This document shows positions 56,189 through 64,000 of a stretch of 64,000 bases of DNA, piece after piece (the first letter of the stretch is position 1; the number at the start of each line of letters is the position of its first letter). The DNA is taken from the NCBI GenBank assembly GCA_045649545.1, contig JAZRQE010000043.1, forward strand, positions 476-64,475, given 5' to 3'. The position numbers and the translations under genes are program-made. Source of the DNA: Acutalibacteraceae bacterium (GTDB lineage Bacteria; Bacillota; Clostridia; Oscillospirales; Acutalibacteraceae). The notes beneath the pieces are model-generated. The model searched no databases. It saw only the letters and a list, made by a program, of their open reading frames with translations, and had not been told where the DNA came from.

Positions 56189-56590
56189 CTATCTTTCCAT
56201 TTCTTCGGCAAGGGCTTTAAATTCTGCTGCACCGCCGGTGATATGCGTCACATAAGTAACCACAAAATTCGATTTTTCTATCATCAATTTATTTCTTTCA
56301 GCAATTCGTACTCTGTACGGCTTTACATTTAATTCATCAAAATAAATACTGTCCGTATAATCGTTATCGTCCATTTTTTGTGGGATATATGCGAGTACAA
56401 CATAGTAATTTATATTGTATGTTGTTTTAAATTCTTTAAGTAATTCTCGTACCATTCGGTCAAATGCACCGTTGTTCCCGACATAAAACATATTTACGTT
56501 TTTATTTTCAATTAAATCAATCAAAGTTGCCCTCAAAGCCGTTTTTATTGTTTCGGGTGCATTCCTATGACCGAAGAAAGTACAAACCAT
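56189..56590 (-). CDS. SLOG-fold DUF1273 (YpsA-like) protein
   Basis: 133 aa from ATG 56590. The TFFGHRN motif near the N-terminus and the GGAAEF region are reminiscent of DUF1273. Confidence 0.5.
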   Translation of the reverse strand: MVCTFFGHRNAPETIKTALRATLIDLIENKNVNMFYVGNNGAFDRMVRELLKEFKTTYNINYYVVLAYIPQKMDDNDYTDSIYFDELNVKPYRVRIAERNKLMIEKSNFVVTYVTHITGGAAEFKALAEEMER

Positions 56591-56682
56591 AACTATCTCC
56601 CGATATGCCCAATATTCGAGCATTTTATATGACCATTATATCGAGCATAATAAAAATATGCAAGATATTTTGGAGGTATATT

Positions 56683-56889
56683 ATGATAACTTATACTCCG
56701 TTGTGGGAAACATTAAAGAAAAAGGGAATGTCCACTTATACTTTAAGAGTTAAACTTAATATAAGCGGAAGTACCGTTCAGCGTTTGCGTAAAAATATGT
56801 CGGTTTCAACAAACACTTTAGATGACCTTTGTGAGTTGTTAGATTGTTCTATATCAGATATTGTTGAACATATACCAAACCATAAGTAA
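56683..56889 (+). CDS. Small XRE-type helix-turn-helix protein
   Basis: 68 aa. GGAGG RBS at 56672-56676. The GMSTYTLRVKLNISGSTVQRLRKN segment fits an HTH. Confidence 0.6.
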   Translation: MITYTPLWETLKKKGMSTYTLRVKLNISGSTVQRLRKNMSVSTNTLDDLCELLDCSISDIVEHIPNHK

Positions 56890-56905
56890 AAGTATTTATA
56901 TATGA

Positions 56906-56943
56906 TAAAAAGACAACCCGCAGTTAGCGGGTTGTCTTTTTTG
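56906..56943. terminator. Bidirectional intrinsic terminator
   Basis: AGACAACCCGC-AGTTA-GCGGGTTGTCT flanked by A4 and T6. Confidence 0.85.
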
Positions 56944-56956
56944 TGTAAAGGTATTT

Positions 56957-58507
56957 TTACTTTTGTTCTTCGTGGTATTCTTTTTCGGTATTGACATTCC
57001 AAATGGCAGTTTTGTCAGAAATTCCGTTAACAATACAATTTACCGCCTCAAAGGCTGTTGCCATTGAATGGTCCATATTGTTGTAGCGGTGCTGACCGTT
57101 ACGGCCGATACAGTAAAGGTTTTGATAGGTGTTCAAATGCCCGATAATCTTATCCATTTGACTGTAGGTGTCAAAATAAGCGGGGTAGGCTTTCTTTATC
57201 AATTCGCGGTGACTGTCAAGCACATCCGCCTCGTCAATAACACCGATTGAATTGAGCTCTTTTACCGCAAGACTTACCGCGTCACTGTCGGTCATATTCC
57301 AAAGCTCGTCACCCTCGCGGCAGAAGTATTCAAGCCCCACCCAAACGGTGTTTTCAGGGTCGGCGACCAAATAGGGTGACCAGTTGTTGAATACCTGAAT
57401 TCTACCTAATTTCACACTTGTATCCTGTACGTAAATCCAACAGTCCGGCACAATGTTGCCAAAGGTTTTGTAATCGGTTTTATTTTTAAGGTTCATTTTT
57501 TTGAGCAACAAACCGACCGTCATAAAATCGCGGAAAGGCAAGCCAAAAGCCGCTGATTTGATGTCTTCAGGTACAGTGTCACCCAAACCGCTGACTAACT
57601 CGTTGAGGGGCATTGTGGAAATGACGATGTCTGACTCTAAAGTTGCGGTTTTGCCGTCGGCATCAGTGAAATTCACAGCAGTGATTATACCATTTTGAAC
57701 ATTAAAATCACAAACTTTACAGTTAGGTTTAAATTTTACACCGTTTTGTATGGCTTTTTCGAGTGCCAACTCCCACAACTGTCCGGGACCGAATTTTGGG
57801 TAGCGGAAATTCTCAATCAGCGAGGTTTCGGTTGCCTCTTGTTTTTTACCGAAAGTTTTAGAAAGAATATCCTTAATAACGGCGGTGATTGAAAGCCCTT
57901 TTACACGCTGAGCACCCCAGTCTGCCGAAATTTCACTCGGGTGACGTCCCCAGAGTTTTTCGGTGTAACCTTCAAAAAACATCGAGTACAAAACCTTGCC
58001 GAAACGGTTTATGTAAAAGTTTTCGAGCGAGGTTTCGGGGCGTTTGTGAAGTTTAGCACCAATGTAGGAAAATCCTGCTTTAACAGTAGTTACAAAACCC
58101 ATATTTTTGATTGTATCCCATTTTAATGTTACGGGATAATCGAAAAAGTGATTTTTATAATAAATTCTCGAAATGCGGTCGCGGTTGAGCATAACTACAT
58201 CGGTCAGTTCGGGGTCGGGACCGTTCATCTTAAACTCTTTTTGGCGGTCGAACGCCAAATCATCTTTAGCGGGCGAGCCTTGTAAAGGCAACAGCTCGTC
58301 CCACCAAGCAGTGACGCGGCGGTCTTTAGAGAAAAAACGGTGACCGCCGATATCCATTCTGTTACCGTTATACTGTACGGTTTGCGAAATGCCGCCAATA
58401 CGGTCAGTAGCCTCTAAAACAGTTATTTCATAAGTGTTTTGTTTAGAAAGTTCAACTGCGGCGGTAATTCCGGCAGGGCCGGCACCGATTATAATTATTT
58501 TCTTCAC
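56957..58507 (-). CDS. FAD/NAD(P)-binding oxidoreductase (amine-oxidase / UDP-galactopyranose-mutase-like)
   Basis: 516 aa. N-terminal [14 protein letters not shown] dinucleotide fold. Confidence 0.6.
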   Translation of the reverse strand: MKKIIIIGAGPAGITAAVELSKQNTYEITVLEATDRIGGISQTVQYNGNRMDIGGHRFFSKDRRVTAWWDELLPLQGSPAKDDLAFDRQKEFKMNGPDPELTDVVMLNRDRISRIYYKNHFFDYPVTLKWDTIKNMGFVTTVKAGFSYIGAKLHKRPETSLENFYINRFGKVLYSMFFEGYTEKLWGRHPSEISADWGAQRVKGLSITAVIKDILSKTFGKKQEATETSLIENFRYPKFGPGQLWELALEKAIQNGVKFKPNCKVCDFNVQNGIITAVNFTDADGKTATLESDIVISTMPLNELVSGLGDTVPEDIKSAAFGLPFRDFMTVGLLLKKMNLKNKTDYKTFGNIVPDCWIYVQDTSVKLGRIQVFNNWSPYLVADPENTVWVGLEYFCREGDELWNMTDSDAVSLAVKELNSIGVIDEADVLDSHRELIKKAYPAYFDTYSQMDKIIGHLNTYQNLYCIGRNGQHRYNNMDHSMATAFEAVNCIVNGISDKTAIWNVNTEKEYHEEQK

Positions 58508-58914
58508 GAGTCGTCACGCTTTCTGTATAAAATGATTTTCTTTGAGCCGAAATTCCAGCCGAAAACGAGCAAAGTTGTGATGATTTTTGCGGTCATATAA
58601 TGTACATTAAGCAGTCCGTCATACAAAAGCATAAATAACTCGGTCAAAACAAGACCGATTACGCCGGTAGTGAAGTAAACCGAAAATTTGGTTGAGTGGT
58701 TTTGGTCTTTGGCGATGCCGGTAAATACAAAATGAATTGACAAAATGTAATTTACGAACAAACCGCAAAGGAAAGCCAGAGCGACAGAAATATATTCCGG
58801 AATTTCGATAACGCTGTAAAAAAGCCAAAGTGCCACCCAGTCAACAACGCTGGCAATTCCACCTACGAAAAGATAGCGGAAAAACTGTATAAATGTGTTA
58901 TGAGTTTTAGCCAT
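58504..58914 (-). CDS. GtrA-family membrane protein
   Basis: 136 aa from ATG 58914, 4 [19 protein letters not shown]-terminus. 4-nt overlap with the oxidoreductase. The start is uncertain because the ORF extends to 59058. Confidence 0.55.
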   Translation of the reverse strand: MAKTHNTFIQFFRYLFVGGIASVVDWVALWLFYSVIEIPEYISVALAFLCGLFVNYILSIHFVFTGIAKDQNHSTKFSVYFTTGVIGLVLTELFMLLYDGLLNVHYMTAKIITTLLVFGWNFGSKKIILYRKRDDS

Positions 58915-59066
58915 AAACAGTGCTTTTATTTTGCGGTGACGAATAAGCCTTAACAGTTCTTTCAAAGTGAATTTCCTTTCAAATAAAAAGTATATTATTA
59001 GTATACCATATTTGTCTGTAATATGGTAGAAAAATTTTAATGTTAAAAATTGTTTCAATCAACAAA

Positions 59067-59103
59067 GCAGAAAGCCGAGGATAAATAACCCTCGGCTTTC
59101 TGC
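59067..59103 (-). terminator. Intrinsic terminator
   Basis: 14-bp perfect stem GCAGAAAGCCGAGG / CCTCGGCTTTCTGC followed by TTTGTTG on the minus strand. Confidence 0.8.
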
Positions 59104-59152
59104 TTGGAAAATTAAAAAGAAAGGATGATGAAAATTGATAGAAAAACGACAC

Positions 59153-59350
59153 TTATGCACAGGTGCGGTCATCCCTCTGGCAACGCGATTCGTGGCGATA
59201 CATGTTACGCTTTTTAGCAGAGGATTTAGTGTGACGTTTAACAAAATCGATAACACGGTCTTCAAATTTAATTAATTTCTTTTCATTAAAAAGACCCCAA
59301 ATGATAAAACCTGCAACGCTGAACTCAAGAACGGTTTGTAGTATAAACAT
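59153..59350 (-). CDS. 65-aa membrane micro-protein behind a LexA box
   Basis: AAAGGAGA RBS 6 nt before the ATG. Hydrophobic N-terminal ~20 aa and a basic C-terminal tail ending CQRDDRTCA. Confidence 0.55.
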   Translation of the reverse strand: MFILQTVLEFSVAGFIIWGLFNEKKLIKFEDRVIDFVKRHTKSSAKKRNMYRHESRCQRDDRTCA

Positions 59351-59365
59351 AATTTTTCTCCTTTC

Positions 59366-59379
59366 CGAACATTTGTTCG
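59366..59379. promoter_or_regulatory. LexA (Cheo/SOS) box CGAACATTTGTTCG
   Basis: Perfect match to the Firmicutes consensus CGAAC-N4-GTTCG. It lies 8 nt downstream of the -10 element. Confidence 0.7.
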
Positions 59380-59387
59380 GTATCTAT

Positions 59388-59416
59388 ATTTTAGCACCTT
59401 TCATGCCGTTTGTCAA
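59388..59416 (-). promoter_or_regulatory. Near-consensus sigma-A promoter for the micro-protein gene
   Basis: On the minus strand: TTGACA (59411-59416), 17-nt spacer, TGcTAAAAT with the hexamer at 59388-59393. Confidence 0.65.
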
Positions 59417-59595
59417 GGGTTTTCTTCACCCTACGTGTATATAATACCGCACATAAAGTACCATAAAAGGCACTTTGCTTGAAAAGTTTGAAAAATTGTT
59501 TAAAATTTATTTGATTTTGCGTTTTTATCCTTGCGGTTAAAAGCATATAGGACAGACAGTGATTCATACCTTTTTATTGAATGGGGGATTCGAGA

Positions 59596-60138
59596 ATGAA
59601 ATTTTTAATTTTAACAAAAAAGCACCTGGTGACGGCGGGGTGTTTATTATTGGCGGTGATTATCGGCACTGCGATTTCGGTTAATGCTTTTGCAAAGTCG
59701 GATAGGCTGTTGCCGATTTACTGCGTTAAGACTGAGGAGAAAAAAATAGCACTCACGTTTGATGCGGCTTGGGGTGCGGATGATACCGATACATTGATTA
59801 GTATTTTGAAACAATATAATGCACCGGCAACCTTTTTCGTGGTAGGTGAGTGGGTTGATAAGTACCCAGATGAGGTCAAAAGGTTGAGTGAGGCGGGCAA
59901 TGATGTTATGAATCACTCGGCAACTCACCCGTATATGACCTCGTTAAGTGAAACTCAAATGAAAGAGCAGTTGACCTCCTGTAATGCAAAGATTGAGGCG
60001 GTAACCGGCAAAAAACCGACGCTTTTCCGTTGCCCTTACGGTGACTATGATAATAAGGTGGTTTCAACGGTAGAAAGCATGGGAATGAAAACACTGCAAT
60101 GGGACGTTGAAACACTTGCAACAAAAGTAATAATGTGA
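59596..60138 (+). pseudogene. 5' portion of a NodB-type polysaccharide deacetylase gene (PdaA/PdaB-like), interrupted
   Basis: Signal/TM, then NodB motifs TFDAAWG, HSATH and RCPYG. The sequence diverges inside motif 4 (QWDVETL then ATKVIM-stop instead of D-W). The final LxH motif is absent. Confidence 0.7.
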
Positions 60139-60247
60139 TATAATATGCAAGGAAAGGATATCTTTTGTGGTGCTTCAAGCAGTGAAAAAGATAGGATTTT
60201 CAAAGAAATACTTGATATTATATTTTCAAAAAAAGGGGAAGTTGAAG

Positions 60248-61726
60248 ATGATAGCGATATATGCGAGACAGTCAGTAGATAAGAAAGACAGTCTCTCAAT
60301 AGAAACTCAAATTAACCTATGTACTAATTACATAAATGCCACCCCACACACCGAAACAATAGAAACATATCAGGATAAAGGTTATTCAGGAAAAAACATT
60401 CACAGACCTGATTTTACACGAATGATGGCAGATATAGAATGTGGTAAAATATCAAAAATCGTTGTTTATAAACTTGATAGAATAAGCAGAAATCTTTTGG
60501 ATTTTATGGGGATGTATAAAATCTTTAATGAACACAAAATTGAGTTTTGTTCTGTAAATGATACTTTTGACACTACCACCCCTATGGGTCGTGGTATGTT
60601 AAAAATAGCAATGGTTTTTGCGGAAATGGAACGAGAGTCAATTCAACTCCGTGTTAAAGACAACTATTACGAACGGATAAAAGATGGCAGATGGGCGGGT
60701 GGTCCTGCACCATACGGATTTAAAAACGGAAGAACAAAAAATAATATACCTACACTTATTAGAGTTAGCGAAGAAATAACCGCCATTAAATTAGCATTTA
60801 ATCATTATGAAGATGATTTTTCAATGTCGCTTGGTAAGGTGGCAAGATTGCTTGAAAAAAAGGGATATCAAAGCAGAAAACGGAAAGCATTTGATAATGT
60901 TACTATCGGTCGCATTTTACAAAATCCCGTTTATGCAATAGCGGATGAAACTTTATACAAGTTTTTTAAAACAAGAAAGGCAAAAATACTTAACCCCATA
61001 GAAGAATGGGATGGAACTCGTTCTGCAGTAATAGTCGGTAAAAGGGTTGCAAACAACAATACAAGAAAATATACTGACTTGTCGGAACAAACAGTTTATT
61101 TAACTAATTTTAAGGGCTTTATAAAATCAAGGCAATATGTTAAGGTGCAAGAACGGTTGGCACAAAACCAACAAATCAAAAGAGCAAATGCACCCACACG
61201 ATTGAAAGAATTAGCAGGTCTTTTGAAATGTGCAAAATGTGAATATGCTATCAAGATTTACAATGACCCTAAATTAGATTGTTATAATAATCGTGGTTTG
61301 CATAGTTGCGATGCACAGTTTAAAACAGTTGATTTTGAAGCATTAAGAAAAAGCATTCGTATGAAAGTTTTGGATGTCATAAAGCATTTGGCAGAACGAG
61401 TTGAAGAAAGTGAAAGAGGTTATAAAAAAATAGAGGAAGAGTTAAATGAATTAGTTGAAAAACGAGATAATCTCGTTTTGTTATCTTCGGGTAAAAGTAA
61501 ATTAGAAAAAGCATTTGCAGATACTATTGAGAAATTACAAGACCAAATAGAAGAAAAGGAATTGCACCTTTCAACATACACTCCTATTAGATATGAAGCC
61601 TTTAATTTTGACATTATCGAAATGGAACTTGCTGATGTAGAAAAAGCAAAAGAGATTTACCGCAAACTTATTAAACGAGTTTTACTCGAAGAAAACGGCG
61701 ATTATACAATAGAGTGGAAAATATAA
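60248..61726 (+). CDS. Large serine recombinase
   Basis: 492 aa from ATG 60248. IAIYARQSVDKKDSLSIETQ catalytic-Ser region, VYKLDRISRN, a recombinase domain, a Cys zinc ribbon (CAKC...C..C) and a coiled coil. Confidence 0.9.
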   Translation: MIAIYARQSVDKKDSLSIETQINLCTNYINATPHTETIETYQDKGYSGKNIHRPDFTRMMADIECGKISKIVVYKLDRISRNLLDFMGMYKIFNEHKIEFCSVNDTFDTTTPMGRGMLKIAMVFAEMERESIQLRVKDNYYERIKDGRWAGGPAPYGFKNGRTKNNIPTLIRVSEEITAIKLAFNHYEDDFSMSLGKVARLLEKKGYQSRKRKAFDNVTIGRILQNPVYAIADETLYKFFKTRKAKILNPIEEWDGTRSAVIVGKRVANNNTRKYTDLSEQTVYLTNFKGFIKSRQYVKVQERLAQNQQIKRANAPTRLKELAGLLKCAKCEYAIKIYNDPKLDCYNNRGLHSCDAQFKTVDFEALRKSIRMKVLDVIKHLAERVEESERGYKKIEEELNELVEKRDNLVLLSSGKSKLEKAFADTIEKLQDQIEEKELHLSTYTPIRYEAFNFDIIEMELADVEKAKEIYRKLIKRVLLEENGDYTIEWKI

Positions 61727-61727
61727 C

Positions 61728-61771
61728 AAAAAAGATATGAGAGATTTTAGTTTTCTCTCATATCTTTTTTT
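61728..61771. repeat. 44-nt palindromic terminator-like hairpin, copy 1
   Basis: AAAAAAGATATGAGAGA-N9-TCTCTCATATCTTTTTT. Near-identical to 62987-63029. Confidence 0.8.
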
Positions 61772-61914
61772 GCTTTCTCATCGTTATATATCTGTTCTGC
61801 TTGTTCGTAGGTGCATTGAGTTTCTTTTCGTATTTCTGCATTACGGAGTGCCTTTTTCCATTTCTCAACATTACACCTTTTGCACACGTCTTCATAGTTA
61901 GAATCTACATACAT
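61747..61914 (-). CDS. Possible 55-aa protein downstream of mob
   Basis: ATG 61914 lies 5 nt after the mob stop, with AAGGTGA upstream. MYVDSNYEDVCKRCNVEKWKK... The 3' end runs into the hairpin. Too short for the ORF track. Confidence 0.3.
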   Translation of the reverse strand: MYVDSNYEDVCKRCNVEKWKKALRNAEIRKETQCTYEQAEQIYNDEKAKKDMREN

Positions 61915-61918
61915 AAAA

Positions 61919-62608
61919 TCACCTTAAATCATCAAAAATATCATTTTCAAGGGTTTGTGTGGTGGTTTCATTTTCTTCTGCGAAAATGCCCTCTGTCATT
62001 TCTTGCAGTTCCTTTTCCAACCTCTCACATTCTATCTGTCGCCATTCGTGTAGTGTTTGGTGTCTTGCCCCTGTCTGCTCTTTGCTTTCCCCACGAACAA
62101 GACCGAACGGTGCCATCGCTTCTGCATAACTGTCCTGTAATTCAATGACTTGATTTTTCTTATTGAAAAATCTTGATGAATTGAACTTGCCTTGCTCATC
62201 TGTCATTATCACAAAGCAATGCAAATGGGTTGTAGTTTCATCTCTATTCAAATCTGCTCGTATCATTTTACCTTTACCAAAGGTATCACGAACCCAAGCA
62301 AAGTTTGCCTTTACCCATTCTACCAAGTTGATTTTATCTTCCATTTCCGGAGAAAAAGTCAAAACCAACTCACAAAGCACATTCGCATCTTTGCGAACCT
62401 TTCGCCCCGTTGCTTGTTCCTGTTCTTTGATTGCCTTTTTTATTGTTCGCGTCATTGTCTGCTCACCCCTTTGCCAAGTGTGATTTTCACTTTCTCTTTC
62501 AGGGTGTTTTCTATTTCGTAGTCGCTCCCTGTGTTTTTGGTGTCGCTCTATATTCGCAACAGAACCCACCTTGTATTTTGCAAATCGCATTATCGCATAA
62601 TTACTCAT
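61919..62608 (-). CDS. MobV (Mob/Pre) family relaxase, short form
   Basis: 229 aa from ATG 62608 (AAGGGGGA RBS). MSNYAIMRFAKYK N-terminus and the NRDETTTHLH histidine motif are typical of the pMV158-type relaxase domain. Confidence 0.75.
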   Translation of the reverse strand: MSNYAIMRFAKYKVGSVANIERHQKHRERLRNRKHPERESENHTWQRGEQTMTRTIKKAIKEQEQATGRKVRKDANVLCELVLTFSPEMEDKINLVEWVKANFAWVRDTFGKGKMIRADLNRDETTTHLHCFVIMTDEQGKFNSSRFFNKKNQVIELQDSYAEAMAPFGLVRGESKEQTGARHQTLHEWRQIECERLEKELQEMTEGIFAEENETTTQTLENDIFDDLR

Positions 62609-62786
62609 CACAAATCCCCCTTTGCTCTTAATATGCGAGAGCAAAGAAACGGCAACACACACGAAAGGAAAGGTGTCGCCGTTCAACCTTACTGCAAAGC
62701 ACTTGGAAAACGGTGCTTTTTCGTGCGGTCATATCTCTGCTCTACAAAATCAGTATGGAAAAACAGATTTTATTTCGCAGAAATAT

Positions 62787-62821
62787 GACTTACTACGACT
62801 TGCATGCAAGTCAGTAAGGTC
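62787..62821. promoter_or_regulatory. Candidate oriT nested inverted repeat
   Basis: Perfect palindrome GACTTGCATGCAAGTC (62797-62812) nested in GACTTACT/AGTAAGGTC arms, about 180 nt upstream of mob. Confidence 0.35.
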
Positions 62822-62889
62822 TGCCGACAGCATTTGCAAAAAATATCATTCATATTTATTGCAAAGAAAACGAAAGGAGCGAACACAGT

Positions 62890-63000
62890 ATGAATGAAAC
62901 CCTACAAGATTTAGAACAAAAGCGAGAGGTGGTTGAAAAGGATATAGACTTCCTTTTTGAAACCTTGCAAAAGGAAATAAAGGCACAAAAAAAGATATGA
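62890..63000 (+). CDS. Possible 36-aa coiled-coil peptide
   Basis: AGGAG 8 nt before the ATG. MNETLQDLEQKREVVEKDIDFLFETLQKEIKAQKKI. The stop lies inside hairpin copy 2. Confidence 0.3.
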   Translation: MNETLQDLEQKREVVEKDIDFLFETLQKEIKAQKKI

Positions 63001-63029
63001 GAGATTTCGTTTTCTCTCATATCTTTTTT
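62987..63029. repeat. Palindromic terminator-like hairpin, copy 2
   Basis: AAAAAAAGATATGAGAGA-N8-TCTCTCATATCTTTTTT. Confidence 0.8.
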
Positions 63030-63032
63030 GTT

Positions 63033-63596
63033 TTAATCAATATGTCTAACTGTATCTAACATATTAGAAAGTATTTCTGCACCTTGTTCAGACTCATAAA
63101 AACCCACTTCTCTTACAATTCCCGAAAGCATTTCTAATGCTTTATTTTTAGTGCTTTCTTCACGAGGTTTTAAATCATCATACATTTTTTCATATAATCT
63201 TAATGCTTGTTGATTTGTTGTTTCTCTACAACGAACAATGTCGCCGATTGCTTTTGCTTTTTCTTGTCCTGCAATATCACCTGGGTCTGATTTTGGCATT
63301 GAGGCAAGTTGTTCTAATGCATTATGAATATATTCATTATCTTTTACGATTTGTTCTATTTGATTGAGAACATAGTTAATTGTAAGTTTCTCTTTGGGTT
63401 TAGTTGTAGTTTTAGTTGTATTTGACATATTGTTATCCTCCATATTATTTGGCGGACACACAAGACATATTTTGTTTGTATCTATAAAGCGTGCCCGACC
63501 ATTTTTAACAAGACCTTTTGCACGTTTTGGATAGGTCGCTTCATATTCGTTTCCTTGTTCATCTACAACAACAATGTTTTTTTCTATGGGTATCAT
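63033..63596 (-). CDS. Hypothetical protein of the element
   Basis: 187 aa from ATG 63596. The upstream part of the ORF looks like non-coding read-through. No family recognised. Confidence 0.45.
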   Translation of the reverse strand: MIPIEKNIVVVDEQGNEYEATYPKRAKGLVKNGRARFIDTNKICLVCPPNNMEDNNMSNTTKTTTKPKEKLTINYVLNQIEQIVKDNEYIHNALEQLASMPKSDPGDIAGQEKAKAIGDIVRCRETTNQQALRLYEKMYDDLKPREESTKNKALEMLSGIVREVGFYESEQGAEILSNMLDTVRHID

Positions 63597-63788
63597 CCCC
63601 CTTGTTGTACTGTAAAGCAGTTTTTTGTGATGGGTGCCATCCCCTTTTACAAATAAGATTATACCAAAGTATTTATATTTTGTCAATGTGCCGAAAAAAG
63701 TTATGCAGAAAAATTGTGTTGTGTTTTCATCTTTCATACTTTTAATATCTCGTAAGAGAAATATTAAAACACGAAAGGACTTTTATTT

Positions 63789-64000
63789 ATGAAAAGTAAA
63801 AAGAAACCAAACAATGCAATTTTTTATGGAAATTATAAGGAGTTAATTTATAATGGCACTCCTGAACAAGTCAAAGCGATTATGACTGCATTTTGTCAAT
63901 ATGCCTTTGATGACATAACCCCCACCGTACCGAGCGATATATCGCTCGCGTGGGGCATTATGAAAGGTAATATTGATGGAGATTTTAAGCAGTACAATGA
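63789..64000 (+). CDS. Partial CDS, replisome-organiser-like N-terminal region (DUF6291-like)
   Basis: AAAGGA RBS. MKSKKKPNNAIFYGNYKELI...AFCQYAFDD pattern. Truncated by the window end. Confidence 0.4.
   Translation, partial: MKSKKKPNNAIFYGNYKELIYNGTPEQVKAIMTAFCQYAFDDITPTVPSDISLAWGIMKGNIDGDFKQYN

Larger units (their letters stand above)
60106..64000. mobile_element. Integrated mobilisable element (serine recombinase + MobV relaxase), left end; continues beyond the window
   Basis: The junction lies inside the deacetylase gene. The recombinase is the first gene inward. A relaxase and a replication-like gene follow. Base composition and codon usage look more AT-rich. Confidence 0.7.

Noticed and set aside
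59104-59200. 30-codon plus-strand ORF (MMKIDRK...) antisense to the 3' end of the LexA-controlled micro-protein gene
   Set aside because: The ATG abuts the putative RBS with no spacing, and the ORF lies within or after the terminator of the opposite strand. It is probably noise.
61728-63029. CRISPR-like reading of the repeated hairpins (here and in the six-hairpin elements)
   Set aside because: Each repeat has only two copies. Spacing is irregular (1.2 kb and 18 kb). No cas genes are present and there is no repeat-spacer periodicity.

Overview
A low-GC Firmicutes (Clostridia-like) chromosomal segment, mostly housekeeping. On the minus strand: a cobalamin-riboswitch operon (DUF4430 lipoprotein, small membrane protein, cysK) and argCJBDF. 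Next come DUF975, PLC-like, Zn-peptidase and CorC genes, a four-gene ABC/GldG-like/DUF4340 operon, an LtaS-like gene, an M23 peptidase, yebC, putP and CPBP-tadA-(C39-like)-ruvX. The plus strand then carries glgP, a clostridial ferredoxin, rnfCDGEAB, rpsO-pnp, miaB, ylbF-like, mutS-orf-mutL-miaA, the division cluster yggS-sepF-ylmH-divIVA, ileS-lspA-rluD and a split transketolase. After 56.1 kb the content becomes accessory: a SLOG/HTH pair, an FAD-oxidoreductase/GtrA pair, a LexA-box-controlled micro-protein, and a NodB deacetylase gene cut by an element carrying a large serine recombinase and a MobV relaxase. That element runs off the window. No rRNA, tRNA or CRISPR was seen.

Most interesting:
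- A ~205-nt noncoding element of six consecutive hairpins occurs twice (7778-7982 and 26143-26351). At least six stem pairs differ between copies by compensatory double substitutions. Both copies sit about 100-110 nt upstream of plus-strand genes.
- A perfect Cheo/LexA box overlaps a near-consensus promoter for a 65-aa membrane micro-protein.
- A putative C-rich small RNA lies upstream of the LtaS-like gene.
- A recombinase element splits a deacetylase gene.

All family calls come from motif recognition by eye. No database search was run.
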